Shown in pieces: positions 29,673 through 37,624 of a stretch of DNA of 64,000 nucleotides; the stretch's first letter is position 1; each line of letters starts with the position of its first letter. The stretch lies in the IMG/VR virus record IMGVR_UViG_3300035156_000206, positions 186,001-250,000 of that record, one strand, 5' to 3'. Both the position numbers and the translations under genes were made by a program. The notes below the pieces were generated by a model. The model saw only the letters and a program-made list of their open reading frames with translations, had not been told where the DNA came from and made no database searches.

Positions 29673-30698
29673 ATGGAATACAACAAAATTCGCAGCACGG
29701 ACTACTCGGAAAAGATGGACGACACCATCTTCACATACGACGAGCAGTTCTACCCACTGGACAGTGACCTACCAGATCCTCAGGTCGATCCTGTGATTCC
29801 TGGCAAGCGTGTCATGATCCAGAAAGTTGGTATTGCTCCAGTCGATCTGCCAGTGAAGTTGCTGCGTCGTGATGGTGGTGTACAGGTTCTCCAGACAGAA
29901 GCATCGCTGTATTGCTCACTGGATGACATGAACGCAAAAGGCCTAAACCTGAGCCGTCTGTATCTGATCATGCACGACACGATCGAAAACCAACTGTCAC
30001 TCGATGGCATCAAGGCAGCTCTGCACAATCTGGCAACCAAGCAAGGTAGCAAGAATGCATACTGCAAGCTGCGCTTCAAGTACCCATGGCATCAGGAAGC
30101 TCTGCGTACCCGTAAGGAACTTGCGGCAATCCCTGAAGGCGCAGTTCACGATCCAATGCTGACGCAGACTCTGTCTGATGGCACTGTGATCAACCGTGAG
30201 AAGATGGTTGGCCACATCGCTTATAAGACCGAGATCGAAGGTCAATACATCGACGGCAAGTACAAGTTCTTCCTGACGGTGGACTATGTGTACTCTTCAA
30301 CTTGCCCATGCAGCTTCGAACTGTCACACAATGCTCGCAACTATCGCAAGCAAGCGGCCAATGCACACAGCCAGCGTTCGATCGCAAAAGTCAAAGTGCA
30401 ATTCAATCCAGACAACGTTGTGTGGGTCGAAGATGTGGTTGAACTGTGCCGTCATCAGATCCCAACGGAAGTTCAGATCGTGGTCAAGCGTCGTGATGAA
30501 CAAGCATTTGCTGAACTGAACGGTTCGAACCTGCTGTTCTCGGAAGACACGGCCCGCCTGTTGTACGAATCACTCGATCAGTGGTACGACTCAGGCAAGA
30601 TCAGCGACTTCAGTGTATCGATCTCCCACGAAGAGTCGTTGCACCCATGGAACGCAATCGCGGTTGTCTACAAAGACATCCCAGGCGGTCTGCGCTAA
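29673..30698 (+). CDS. folE2: GTP cyclohydrolase IB (FolE2)
   Basis: IQKVGI..V.LPV, SSTCPCS.ELS, AHSQRS, KR.DEQ.FAE and HEESLH motifs. Confidence 0.92.
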   Translation: MEYNKIRSTDYSEKMDDTIFTYDEQFYPLDSDLPDPQVDPVIPGKRVMIQKVGIAPVDLPVKLLRRDGGVQVLQTEASLYCSLDDMNAKGLNLSRLYLIMHDTIENQLSLDGIKAALHNLATKQGSKNAYCKLRFKYPWHQEALRTRKELAAIPEGAVHDPMLTQTLSDGTVINREKMVGHIAYKTEIEGQYIDGKYKFFLTVDYVYSSTCPCSFELSHNARNYRKQAANAHSQRSIAKVKVQFNPDNVVWVEDVVELCRHQIPTEVQIVVKRRDEQAFAELNGSNLLFSEDTARLLYESLDQWYDSGKISDFSVSISHEESLHPWNAIAVVYKDIPGGLR

Positions 30699-30703
30699 TC
30701 AAT

Positions 30704-30719
30704 AGGCCCTTCGGGGCCT
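30704..30719 (+). terminator. UUCG tetraloop hairpin (terminator or stabilising stem)
   Basis: AGGCCC-TTCG-GGGCCT followed by GTTTT. Confidence 0.6.
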
Positions 30720-30742
30720 GTTTTAACTAACAAAGGAACAAC

Positions 30743-31222
30743 ATGTCAGAAGTAAAGAAACCAATTTATGTCAGTACGAAAACTTACGGTGCTGAGCGTG
30801 GATTCGCAGTAGCATACCGTCAGTTCAAAGCAGAAAGCCATTGCAACCTAATTCACGGTTATGCGATGGGCTTCCACTTTGAGTTCGAGTCGACCGAACT
30901 AGACGTGCGCAATTGGGTAGTTGACTTTGGCTCACTGAAGACTCTCAAAGAAAAGCTGGACGACTGGTTCGATCATACGTGCCTTGTTGCAACAGACGAT
31001 CCAGAGATCGAGCTGTTCAAGGAAATGCACAAGCGTAAGCTGATCAAGATGGTCGAAGTTGAGCGTACTGGCTGCGAAGGCCTGGCAACGTTCCTCGCAG
31101 AGTACATCAACGAAATCTGGATGGAAGAGAATGGATACCACGGGCGCGTGAAGCTGCGCAAGGTGGAAGTCCGCGAAACCCCAAGCAATTCGGCCATGTG
31201 GCTGAATCCAGACCGCGCTTAA
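30743..31222 (+). CDS. queD: 6-carboxy-5,6,7,8-tetrahydropterin synthase QueD
   Basis: HCNLIHGY (CxxxHG), WVVDFG, FDH and VEVRETPSN motifs. Confidence 0.9.
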   Translation: MSEVKKPIYVSTKTYGAERGFAVAYRQFKAESHCNLIHGYAMGFHFEFESTELDVRNWVVDFGSLKTLKEKLDDWFDHTCLVATDDPEIELFKEMHKRKLIKMVEVERTGCEGLATFLAEYINEIWMEENGYHGRVKLRKVEVRETPSNSAMWLNPDRA

Positions 31223-31282
31223 ACGCCTTATAGATGTGATCTTATAGTGTATAAGATCACATCTATCATCCACAGAGGAAGT

Positions 31283-31603
31283 ATGAATATTAGCCTAGAT
31301 TATGACGATACCTACACACGAGATCCCGCAACTTGGGATAAGGTTATACAAACCTTTCGTGAAGCTGGCAGCAAAGTGTACATAGTCACCTGGCGGTTTG
31401 ACAAACAAACCGCCTTTGATTATGGTGGGCTGTTCGGTGACGAAAGTGGTGTGGTTCGCGAAGCTCTGGATGGTAAAGTCGACGGGATGTTCTTTACAGG
31501 ACGCACAGCTAAGGCAATGTTTATGTATAACCAAGGCATACGAATTGACGTGTGGATTGACGATGACCCACAAGCAATCCTCAGAAACATGCAAGGGCAT
31601 TAA
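31283..31603 (+). CDS. Small HAD-superfamily phosphatase-like protein
   Basis: ISLDYDDT (motif I), IVTWR (motif II), WIDDDP (motif IV). Confidence 0.7.
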   Translation: MNISLDYDDTYTRDPATWDKVIQTFREAGSKVYIVTWRFDKQTAFDYGGLFGDESGVVREALDGKVDGMFFTGRTAKAMFMYNQGIRIDVWIDDDPQAILRNMQGH

Positions 31604-31645
31604 ACTGCAGTAACCCTAACAAGATCAATTTGTTTTAGAAACATG

Positions 31646-31674
31646 TTGATCTTGTTCACGTCCTACCCTATAAT
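31646..31674 (+). promoter_or_regulatory. Sigma70-like early promoter
   Basis: TTGATC-17-TATAAT upstream of the Acb2-like gene. Confidence 0.75.
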
Positions 31675-31705
31675 GTTCTGATCGCCACCACACCTGAGAT
31701 CGAAC

Positions 31706-31957
31706 ATGGACAGCAACATTGCACAAGACGTATTCCACACCACCTACCGTGACCTTACGGAAGAAGAGGTGCAACAACTGACCTTGATCAAGCAAACGGC
31801 AGCATTGCTGTATTCACAGATCAGCCAAATTGCCTACATGCACACTGAAATCAACGTGGTGCGTGAGGTACAAATTGCCCAAGAACGTCTTGAAGAAGCC
31901 ATTATGTGGGCTGGCAAGGCAATGTCGAGCCAACTTTACAACTTGAAGCACAATTAA
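31706..31957 (+). CDS. Acb2/Tad1-hairpin-like cyclic-nucleotide sponge (putative anti-CBASS)
   Basis: YRDLTEEE....IK and RE..IA...LEEAIMWA.KA resemble Acb2 (YRDLSQEE...RVK; RW..I.KT.IQ..MM.IIRAI) and Tad1 (EEALMW). Confidence 0.7.
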   Translation: MDSNIAQDVFHTTYRDLTEEEVQQLTLIKQTAALLYSQISQIAYMHTEINVVREVQIAQERLEEAIMWAGKAMSSQLYNLKHN

Positions 31958-31969
31958 GAACAACACCTG

Positions 31970-31998
31970 TTGATATTGTTCTGAACCTCACCTATAAT
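31970..31998 (+). promoter_or_regulatory. Sigma70-like early promoter
   Basis: TTGATA-17-TATAAT upstream of the dpdL-like gene. Confidence 0.75.
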
Positions 31999-32027
31999 AT
32001 TCGTACAGTAACTTAACAAGGAAACAC

Positions 32028-32435
32028 ATGCCATACATCACAAAAGAAGACGGCTCCAAGTGGCGCATCACTGACACCAAAGTTGTGTTTGCATCATTGC
32101 AGTTCCAAGGCATCCACAACTGGCCTGGTTGTCCGTTTGACGAAGTCGCCTATCTGCGCGACCCACACCGTCATATGTTCCACATCAAAGCCTACAAGGA
32201 AGTCTTCCATGACGACCGCGACGTCGAGTTCATCATGCTCAAGAATGCCATCCAAAAGTACATTGGGGAAACGTATCCTAATGGTGTGTTGGGTGCCAAG
32301 TCGTGCGAAATGCTCGCAGTAGAACTGATCGAAAAGTTCGAGCTCTGCCAGTGTGAAGTAAATGAAGATAACGAGAACGGTGCGATCGTTACTCGCGAAA
32401 CAATGCAACTCGGTAGCCTGTGCGTGGAGCCTTAA
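32028..32435 (+). CDS. dpdL: QueD-paralogue T-fold protein, DpdL-like (putative CDG decarboxylase)
   Basis: LRDPHRHMF matches the LxxxHRHxF signature, plus HDDRDVEFI, SCEMLA and EDNENGA. Confidence 0.75.
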   Translation: MPYITKEDGSKWRITDTKVVFASLQFQGIHNWPGCPFDEVAYLRDPHRHMFHIKAYKEVFHDDRDVEFIMLKNAIQKYIGETYPNGVLGAKSCEMLAVELIEKFELCQCEVNEDNENGAIVTRETMQLGSLCVEP

Positions 32436-32436
32436 T

Positions 32437-33288
32437 ATGATGAACCCATCTATCCCTCTCCAGTCCAATCTGGTCAAAGAGCCACAGTTTTGCATCATCA
32501 CTCCAACGGCATATCTGGAGCAGTACGCTTCACAATCGTCGATGCACCTGATTCTTGCTCACCTGGTTGATACTGATGATGCGTATGCTGCTTACTACGC
32601 AAATCGTGACACCGACGAACTGAAGATCATGGACAACGGCGCCTTTGAATTGGGTCAGTCGTATGATCCAGAAAAGCTGATTGAGCTGGCTCGCAAGTGC
32701 CGTGCTGATGCAATCGTGCTGCCAGACTATCCAGGCCAGAATCAAGACAAGACCATCGAAGCAGCTATCGAATGGGCACCAAAGGTCAAAGCAGCTGGAT
32801 TCAAGACGATGTTCGTTCCTCAGTCGGTAGTTGGTGACACTGAAGGCTGGATCGAAGCATACACTTGGGCTACTCTCGACAACGACCTGATTGATATCAT
32901 CGGTATGTCGATTCTGGGTATCCCGAATGCGCTTCCACGCATTAACCGTGCATATGCTCGTGTTGTGATGACGTCGATGTTGATTGACCAGAACATCTTC
33001 AACTTCCAGAAGCATCACCACTATCTGGGCCTCAATTCGGGACCAGCACTGGAGATTCCTTCGTTGATCAATATGGGTGCTCTCGGATCGTGCGATAGCT
33101 CGAGCCCTGTATGGGCTGGTATTTGTGCAAACGAGTATTCAGAGAACACTGACAGCTTCATGTCAACCAAGAAGATCTCGAAGCATGTTGACTTCAATTA
33201 CCCAATGGTCAAGGATCCAAACGTACACCGTATGATCCAGCGCAACGTTGACCTCACCCTCAGCCTCTTTAAAAAGGAAACAAAGTAA
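32437..33288 (+). CDS. dpdA: TGT-fold deazaguanine DNA transglycosylase-like protein (DpdA family, possibly DpdA3)
   Basis: IMDNGAFE, VLPD, FVPQ, HYLG and SCDSS TIM-barrel motifs, adjacent to dpdL/queD/folE2. Confidence 0.7.
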   Translation: MMNPSIPLQSNLVKEPQFCIITPTAYLEQYASQSSMHLILAHLVDTDDAYAAYYANRDTDELKIMDNGAFELGQSYDPEKLIELARKCRADAIVLPDYPGQNQDKTIEAAIEWAPKVKAAGFKTMFVPQSVVGDTEGWIEAYTWATLDNDLIDIIGMSILGIPNALPRINRAYARVVMTSMLIDQNIFNFQKHHHYLGLNSGPALEIPSLINMGALGSCDSSSPVWAGICANEYSENTDSFMSTKKISKHVDFNYPMVKDPNVHRMIQRNVDLTLSLFKKETK

Positions 33289-33500
33289 TGACCACAGCAG
33301 TTGAAGTCCAAGCAATGGACGAATTGTGGGTCGAAATCGTCGGTTTCGTCCCAAAAAAAGAGCAGAAAGACCTAGCTCTGAAGGTTGTCCGCATCTTCGA
33401 AGATAACCTAGATGCCAATGGCGCCGAATCAGACCACCCGATGCTGCGTAAGGCATCGAATGAGCTGAATGGTGAAGAAGACGAAGAGGACGAAGACTGA
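33288..33500 (+). CDS. Small acidic hypothetical protein
   Basis: 70 aa; TAATG/TGATG coupled. Confidence 0.6.
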   Translation: MTTAVEVQAMDELWVEIVGFVPKKEQKDLALKVVRIFEDNLDANGAESDHPMLRKASNELNGEEDEEDED

Positions 33501-34018
33501 TGTTGGCGAACCCTACCGATATGATCGCGCAGGGGTTCGTCAAGAACCTCAAAGACGTGAACAAGCAAGTACAGCCAAATGCAATCGACTTCACTGTTGA
33601 CCAGATCCAGATGATCGGTGATGGCACATCAGAGCACGATTGCATCATTGGCGAGAGCAAGAAAGAGATGGCTCCACAAACGCCAATCGCTGCGAATATG
33701 GAGGGATTCTTTCCTCTAATTGCCAACCGGTCGTACGATATCTCGTCAGATATGTACGTTGAAGTGCCAGCGGGATATGCTGCCATCCTAGTGCTACGGT
33801 CGACCTTTGTTCGAAACGGTATGATCTTGGCATCCGGTCTCTATGACAGTGGCTTCAAAGGCAACATTGGTGCTGTTCTGCACACCAACAATGCAAATGC
33901 ACTGGTTGAAAAGGGCGTTCGCATTGGCCAAATCATGTTTGTTGAATCCAACTCACATGGCGTCTATGCAGGTGGCTACAACACAGCAGATGGCATTCAC
34001 TGGAAAGACAAAGCATGA
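33500..34018 (+). CDS. Trimeric dUTPase/dCTP-deaminase superfamily protein
   Basis: QVQPNAID, RST..RNG, SGLYDSGFKG, RIGQI and Y.GGY motifs. Confidence 0.85.
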   Translation: MLANPTDMIAQGFVKNLKDVNKQVQPNAIDFTVDQIQMIGDGTSEHDCIIGESKKEMAPQTPIAANMEGFFPLIANRSYDISSDMYVEVPAGYAAILVLRSTFVRNGMILASGLYDSGFKGNIGAVLHTNNANALVEKGVRIGQIMFVESNSHGVYAGGYNTADGIHWKDKA

Positions 34019-34386
34019 TCAATGTTACTCCTACTACAATGAGCCTCAAGCCAGGAGAAGTTCTGGTATTGACGGTCGATGTAGCCAACCTACCTGCACA
34101 AAAGGCAGCCGAAGTAATGAGGCACGTCAAGGAGTTCAACGAATTGGCGGTGCATGCCCGGGAGAACGGCAACGTTGTATTGGTAAAATCCAACCGGGTG
34201 CAAGCAGAAGTGCTGTCGTATGGTCCAGAAGATCGTGTTGTGGCATACGTAGATATTGGTAATCTGCCTAGACAGGCGGCCGAAAAGTATCTGGAGCATG
34301 TGCGGGAGCAGTTGAAAGAATCGATCCCGTCGGACCAAACGTTGGTGGTAGCCAAGGGCAACAAGTTTGAGGTCCAGAAAGCATGA
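34015..34386 (+). CDS. Small protein made of two portal-clip-like repeats
   Basis: TVDVANLPAQKAAEVMRHV and YVDIGNLPRQAAEKYLEHV resemble T4-type portal [19 protein letters not shown] (recalled from memory). Confidence 0.6.
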   Translation: MINVTPTTMSLKPGEVLVLTVDVANLPAQKAAEVMRHVKEFNELAVHARENGNVVLVKSNRVQAEVLSYGPEDRVVAYVDIGNLPRQAAEKYLEHVREQLKESIPSDQTLVVAKGNKFEVQKA

Positions 34387-34646
34387 AAACGATCATTCAC
34401 GTCAACCAACACGTCATCAAGTCGAACCGTAAGGATGGGGTGAATGATCCTGTTCTTACAGTCAAGACCTACAAGGACAACACATACGCGCACAGCGTCG
34501 AAATCAAAGGCGATAGCAAGGTGGTATATAGCCCTGACAAGCCTTTGAGTTGTGGGGCCCACGTATGGATTGAGACCCATGCAGAGGTTATCTGCCACCT
34601 AAACCCAACAGAAGAAGAAAATGAAAAAACGACCAGCAATGTTTGA
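34383..34646 (+). CDS. Hypothetical phage protein (IIHVNQH.I...P.LTVK...PLSCGA.VWIET)
   Basis: 87 aa; motif familiar from phage hypotheticals; function unknown. Confidence 0.7.
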   Translation: MKTIIHVNQHVIKSNRKDGVNDPVLTVKTYKDNTYAHSVEIKGDSKVVYSPDKPLSCGAHVWIETHAEVICHLNPTEEENEKTTSNV

Positions 34647-35244
34647 CCTAGTCCTGGCACTAGATTCTGAAACGTCCGGAATTGCCATGGGCTCTCTTGA
34701 TCCCACTTACAGGTCCGATCCGGGCGTGGGTGCCGAACGGTACCAAGCCGTATCCTTTGGACTGATTGTGGCAGATGTCCACACTCTGAAACCTATCGAT
34801 TCGTTGTACGTCGAGATTAAGCACGATGACAACTACTACAATTGGTCCGATGGCGCTGAGCGAGTGCACGGCCTGTCCCGTGAATACCTGGAAGCTAACG
34901 GCATGTCACTGGTTGACGCCGCCACTAAAATCCTGAACTTCATCGAAAAGTACTTCGGTCCGTATCAGGCAATCCGTAAGCTGCCAATGCTCGGCCACAA
35001 CGTAGCCACATTCGACCGCTACTTTTTGCATGACCTACTGAGCCACATCGACGTTGAGATCCAATTCGGCAATCGACACATCGATACGTTCTCGCTGGGT
35101 GTAGTTCTGATGGATCTATTTTCTTCGGATGAACTGTTTGACTTTTTCGAACTAAAGCGTGATGCTGAGAAGCATAATGCACTTGATGATGCGAAGTATG
35201 CTCTCAAGGTGGCTCGTCTGATGAAAAAGAACTTCCAAGCCTAA
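34639..35244 (+). CDS. DEDDh 3'-5' exonuclease (DnaQ/epsilon-like)
   Basis: LDSETSG, GHNVATFD, IDT and HNALDDA motifs. Confidence 0.88.
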   Translation: MFDLVLALDSETSGIAMGSLDPTYRSDPGVGAERYQAVSFGLIVADVHTLKPIDSLYVEIKHDDNYYNWSDGAERVHGLSREYLEANGMSLVDAATKILNFIEKYFGPYQAIRKLPMLGHNVATFDRYFLHDLLSHIDVEIQFGNRHIDTFSLGVVLMDLFSSDELFDFFELKRDAEKHNALDDAKYALKVARLMKKNFQA

Positions 35245-35254
35245 GGGGAACCGT

Positions 35255-35704
35255 ATGACCGTAGCAAAAATTCGTTATTCGTACAACCAAATCACGCAGA
35301 TGTGCGAAGATCTGGCTGAAATTATTAACGACATGGATGAAGCCGAGAAGCCAAAGACTATCGTTGGCTTGATCCGTGGTGGTTGCATTCCAGCTGTGAT
35401 CTTGTCGCACTTGACCAAGATCCCTTGCAAGATGTTGTCCTATTCTTCGCATCAAGGATTTGGCGGCGGTGAGAATGACAACCAGATCCCAGGTGACATT
35501 CTGGAAGGTGTGATGCAACTGTTTGTAGATGATATCTGCGATTCAGGCTACACCCTGAAAGAAGTGATGGAAGCGTGTGGTGAAGGTATGGGCAACCTAT
35601 CAGCCTCATTGATCTACCGTGATCACACTAAGTCACAATTCGATCCAGACATGTATGCCACGCGCATCACCGATTCAAGCTGGGTAGTGTTTCCCTGGGA
35701 ATAA
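35255..35704 (+). CDS. Purine phosphoribosyltransferase (Gpt-like)
   Basis: IVGLIRGGCIPA, LFVDDICDSGYTL (PRPP-binding) and WVVFPWE motifs. Confidence 0.88.
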   Translation: MTVAKIRYSYNQITQMCEDLAEIINDMDEAEKPKTIVGLIRGGCIPAVILSHLTKIPCKMLSYSSHQGFGGGENDNQIPGDILEGVMQLFVDDICDSGYTLKEVMEACGEGMGNLSASLIYRDHTKSQFDPDMYATRITDSSWVVFPWE

Positions 35705-35746
35705 TCCCAAGCATTGCCCATCCACTACAATAGTACAAGGTATAAA

Positions 35747-36199
35747 ATGAAATTAAGCTCCACACTGTCATGGGCCGATAAGCTGGTCCTGGTTAGCCGC
35801 TACGAATTGAGCGAGACCGAAGCATGTACCGCATTTGGCGTCACCAAGCAAGAGCTAGTCGTCGCAAAGAATCTGCTCGCTAAAGGTGTGTTTGCACCGA
35901 ATGAAACGCTGAATACATCCATTTACAGCGACTTCTTTGTCAAGCTCCGCAGTGGTGAATTGGATCACCTTCAGAAGACGTTTAAACCGAAAGGTGCACG
36001 TCCAAGCAAGATCACGATGGCATTTGAAGCCATCACGGATTCGCCACAAAAGGTATCCGAGATCATCGAGCGCTATGGCGTATCTTTGGCAGTACTACGG
36101 CAGAGCAAGCGCTTTGACAAAGGCAACGTTGGTCAAATCCATATCCGGAAGGATAAGGATACCAGCGAATTGATGGTGTGGCGCGACAAACAGGACTAA
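35747..36199 (+). CDS. Hypothetical protein
   Basis: ORF in operon context. Confidence 0.6.
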   Translation: MKLSSTLSWADKLVLVSRYELSETEACTAFGVTKQELVVAKNLLAKGVFAPNETLNTSIYSDFFVKLRSGELDHLQKTFKPKGARPSKITMAFEAITDSPQKVSEIIERYGVSLAVLRQSKRFDKGNVGQIHIRKDKDTSELMVWRDKQD

Positions 36200-36201
36200 A
36201 C

Positions 36202-36402
36202 ATGAACATTACTGAAGCGTTTGCTCCCCAAATTGGGGATGAAAGTACCAACTTGTATTTTGTTGGGTTTGCCGAAGGCAAAATGGAAATCCTGAAGGTC
36301 AAGGAAAGCGACCTTCCTTCGATGGATGCTAAGTGGGAACTGATGGACCCCGCATATGATGTTGGGTCCGTACTGCCACGACTGAAACAGAAGCTGGATT
36401 GA
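36202..36402 (+). CDS. Small hypothetical protein
   Basis: AGGA RBS; 66 aa. Confidence 0.5.
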   Translation: MNITEAFAPQIGDESTNLYFVGFAEGKMEILKVKESDLPSMDAKWELMDPAYDVGSVLPRLKQKLD

Positions 36403-36404
36403 AT

Positions 36405-36821
36405 ATGAGCATACTTGAGCAACCAATGTATTCAAAAGACTTCACTATTCAGTTCACTGATCTTGATGGAGTACCGCATGAGGCAACTGTAGCATTGGGG
36501 CGCAACGTCGTGGCGATATCAAAAATCGATTACGCCGAAGCCTCATTTGGGATAGGCGTAGGTAGTACGGATGTCAAATTCTACGATAGTGTGGGTGCAC
36601 TAAAGGGGTTGGACTTTTTGGTTGCTGAAGGTGCCTTTAATGTTGTGATCCACCTAATGGATAAGCACCACAACGTCAAAGTGGTTCGGACACTGCAAGG
36701 CTGTGGGATTCGGAAGACCGTCTTTCAGTCTCTACTGGCTCATTCGTGCAATGATGTGATGGGGACATCCTTCGGAATCATGTTCAACACATACACAAAC
36801 ACTTACCCAGATACGGAGTAA
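36405..36821 (+). CDS. Hypothetical protein, possibly tail-tube-like beta fold
   Basis: F.IQF...RNVV.ISK...VKFYD...IHLMD...L.GC.I pattern is loosely similar to T4 gp19-like tubes. Confidence 0.4.
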   Translation: MSILEQPMYSKDFTIQFTDLDGVPHEATVALGRNVVAISKIDYAEASFGIGVGSTDVKFYDSVGALKGLDFLVAEGAFNVVIHLMDKHHNVKVVRTLQGCGIRKTVFQSLLAHSCNDVMGTSFGIMFNTYTNTYPDTE

Positions 36822-36825
36822 TACC

Positions 36826-37356
36826 ATGGTAGTAAACACAGGCGAGATGATCCTCTTCTGGCAACCCGATTCGATCTACTCGAACTGGTATCCAAACACT
36901 CCGTTGGTGCTAGCCGAGTACCCAAAGCTGAAGTTTGACAACTCTGAGGCAGCATTCATGTTCCTCAAAGCAAAGGCCTTTGGGGATGATGTGATGGCTC
37001 TCATGATTCTGAACAACCAGGATCCTTGGGAGACCAAGAAGATGGGTCGCCGCATCAATGCGTACAATGAAGAAAAGTGGGCAGAAGTTCGCGAAGATGC
37101 GATGTTTGCGGCCTGCTACGCAAAGTTCTCCCAGAATGAAGACCTGAAAGCAGAGTTGCTTTCAACTGGTACTTTGCTGTTGGTCGAAGCAAGTCCAGTA
37201 GATAAGATCTGGGGAATCGGCCTGGCACCTAATGAGCCAAGGGCTCGTCGAGTTGAAACGTGGCAGGGCCTCAATCTGTTGGGTAAAATCCTGATGGAAG
37301 TACGGACGGTACTTGTCAATGAAATGGCTCGCGATGTAGCGGAGACGGCACAATGA
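36826..37356 (+). CDS. NADAR (YbiA/DUF1768) hydrolase
   Basis: YSNWY, SEAAFM..KA..F.D, KK.GR, AKFSQN..L...LL.TG, LVEASP.D.IWGIG and G.NLLG.ILM motifs. Confidence 0.92.
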   Translation: MVVNTGEMILFWQPDSIYSNWYPNTPLVLAEYPKLKFDNSEAAFMFLKAKAFGDDVMALMILNNQDPWETKKMGRRINAYNEEKWAEVREDAMFAACYAKFSQNEDLKAELLSTGTLLLVEASPVDKIWGIGLAPNEPRARRVETWQGLNLLGKILMEVRTVLVNEMARDVAETAQ

Positions 37357-37619
37357 GGATCGACACACTAATTTCACTGTGCCAGATGTATTCACGAGAA
37401 GGACACTCCATTCATGAACAAATGGATGATGTGATGGAGGGGAGGGACCTGGAAGAACTGAACCCAAACGCTCTAAAAATCATTCGTGCATTCTTTGAGA
37501 GAGCAGCCCGTGCCGACGTGGATGGTGCTGACGGTCTGGCAGAGATGATCGAGGATCACCAAGCCACGCTTGTCGTTTCTGACAATCGCATATATAATAG
37601 TTCATTATCACAGGAGTAA
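37353..37619 (+). CDS. Hypothetical protein
   Basis: 88 aa; ATGA coupled. Confidence 0.55.
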   Translation: MRIDTLISLCQMYSREGHSIHEQMDDVMEGRDLEELNPNALKIIRAFFERAARADVDGADGLAEMIEDHQATLVVSDNRIYNSSLSQE

Positions 37620-37624
37620 TTTTT

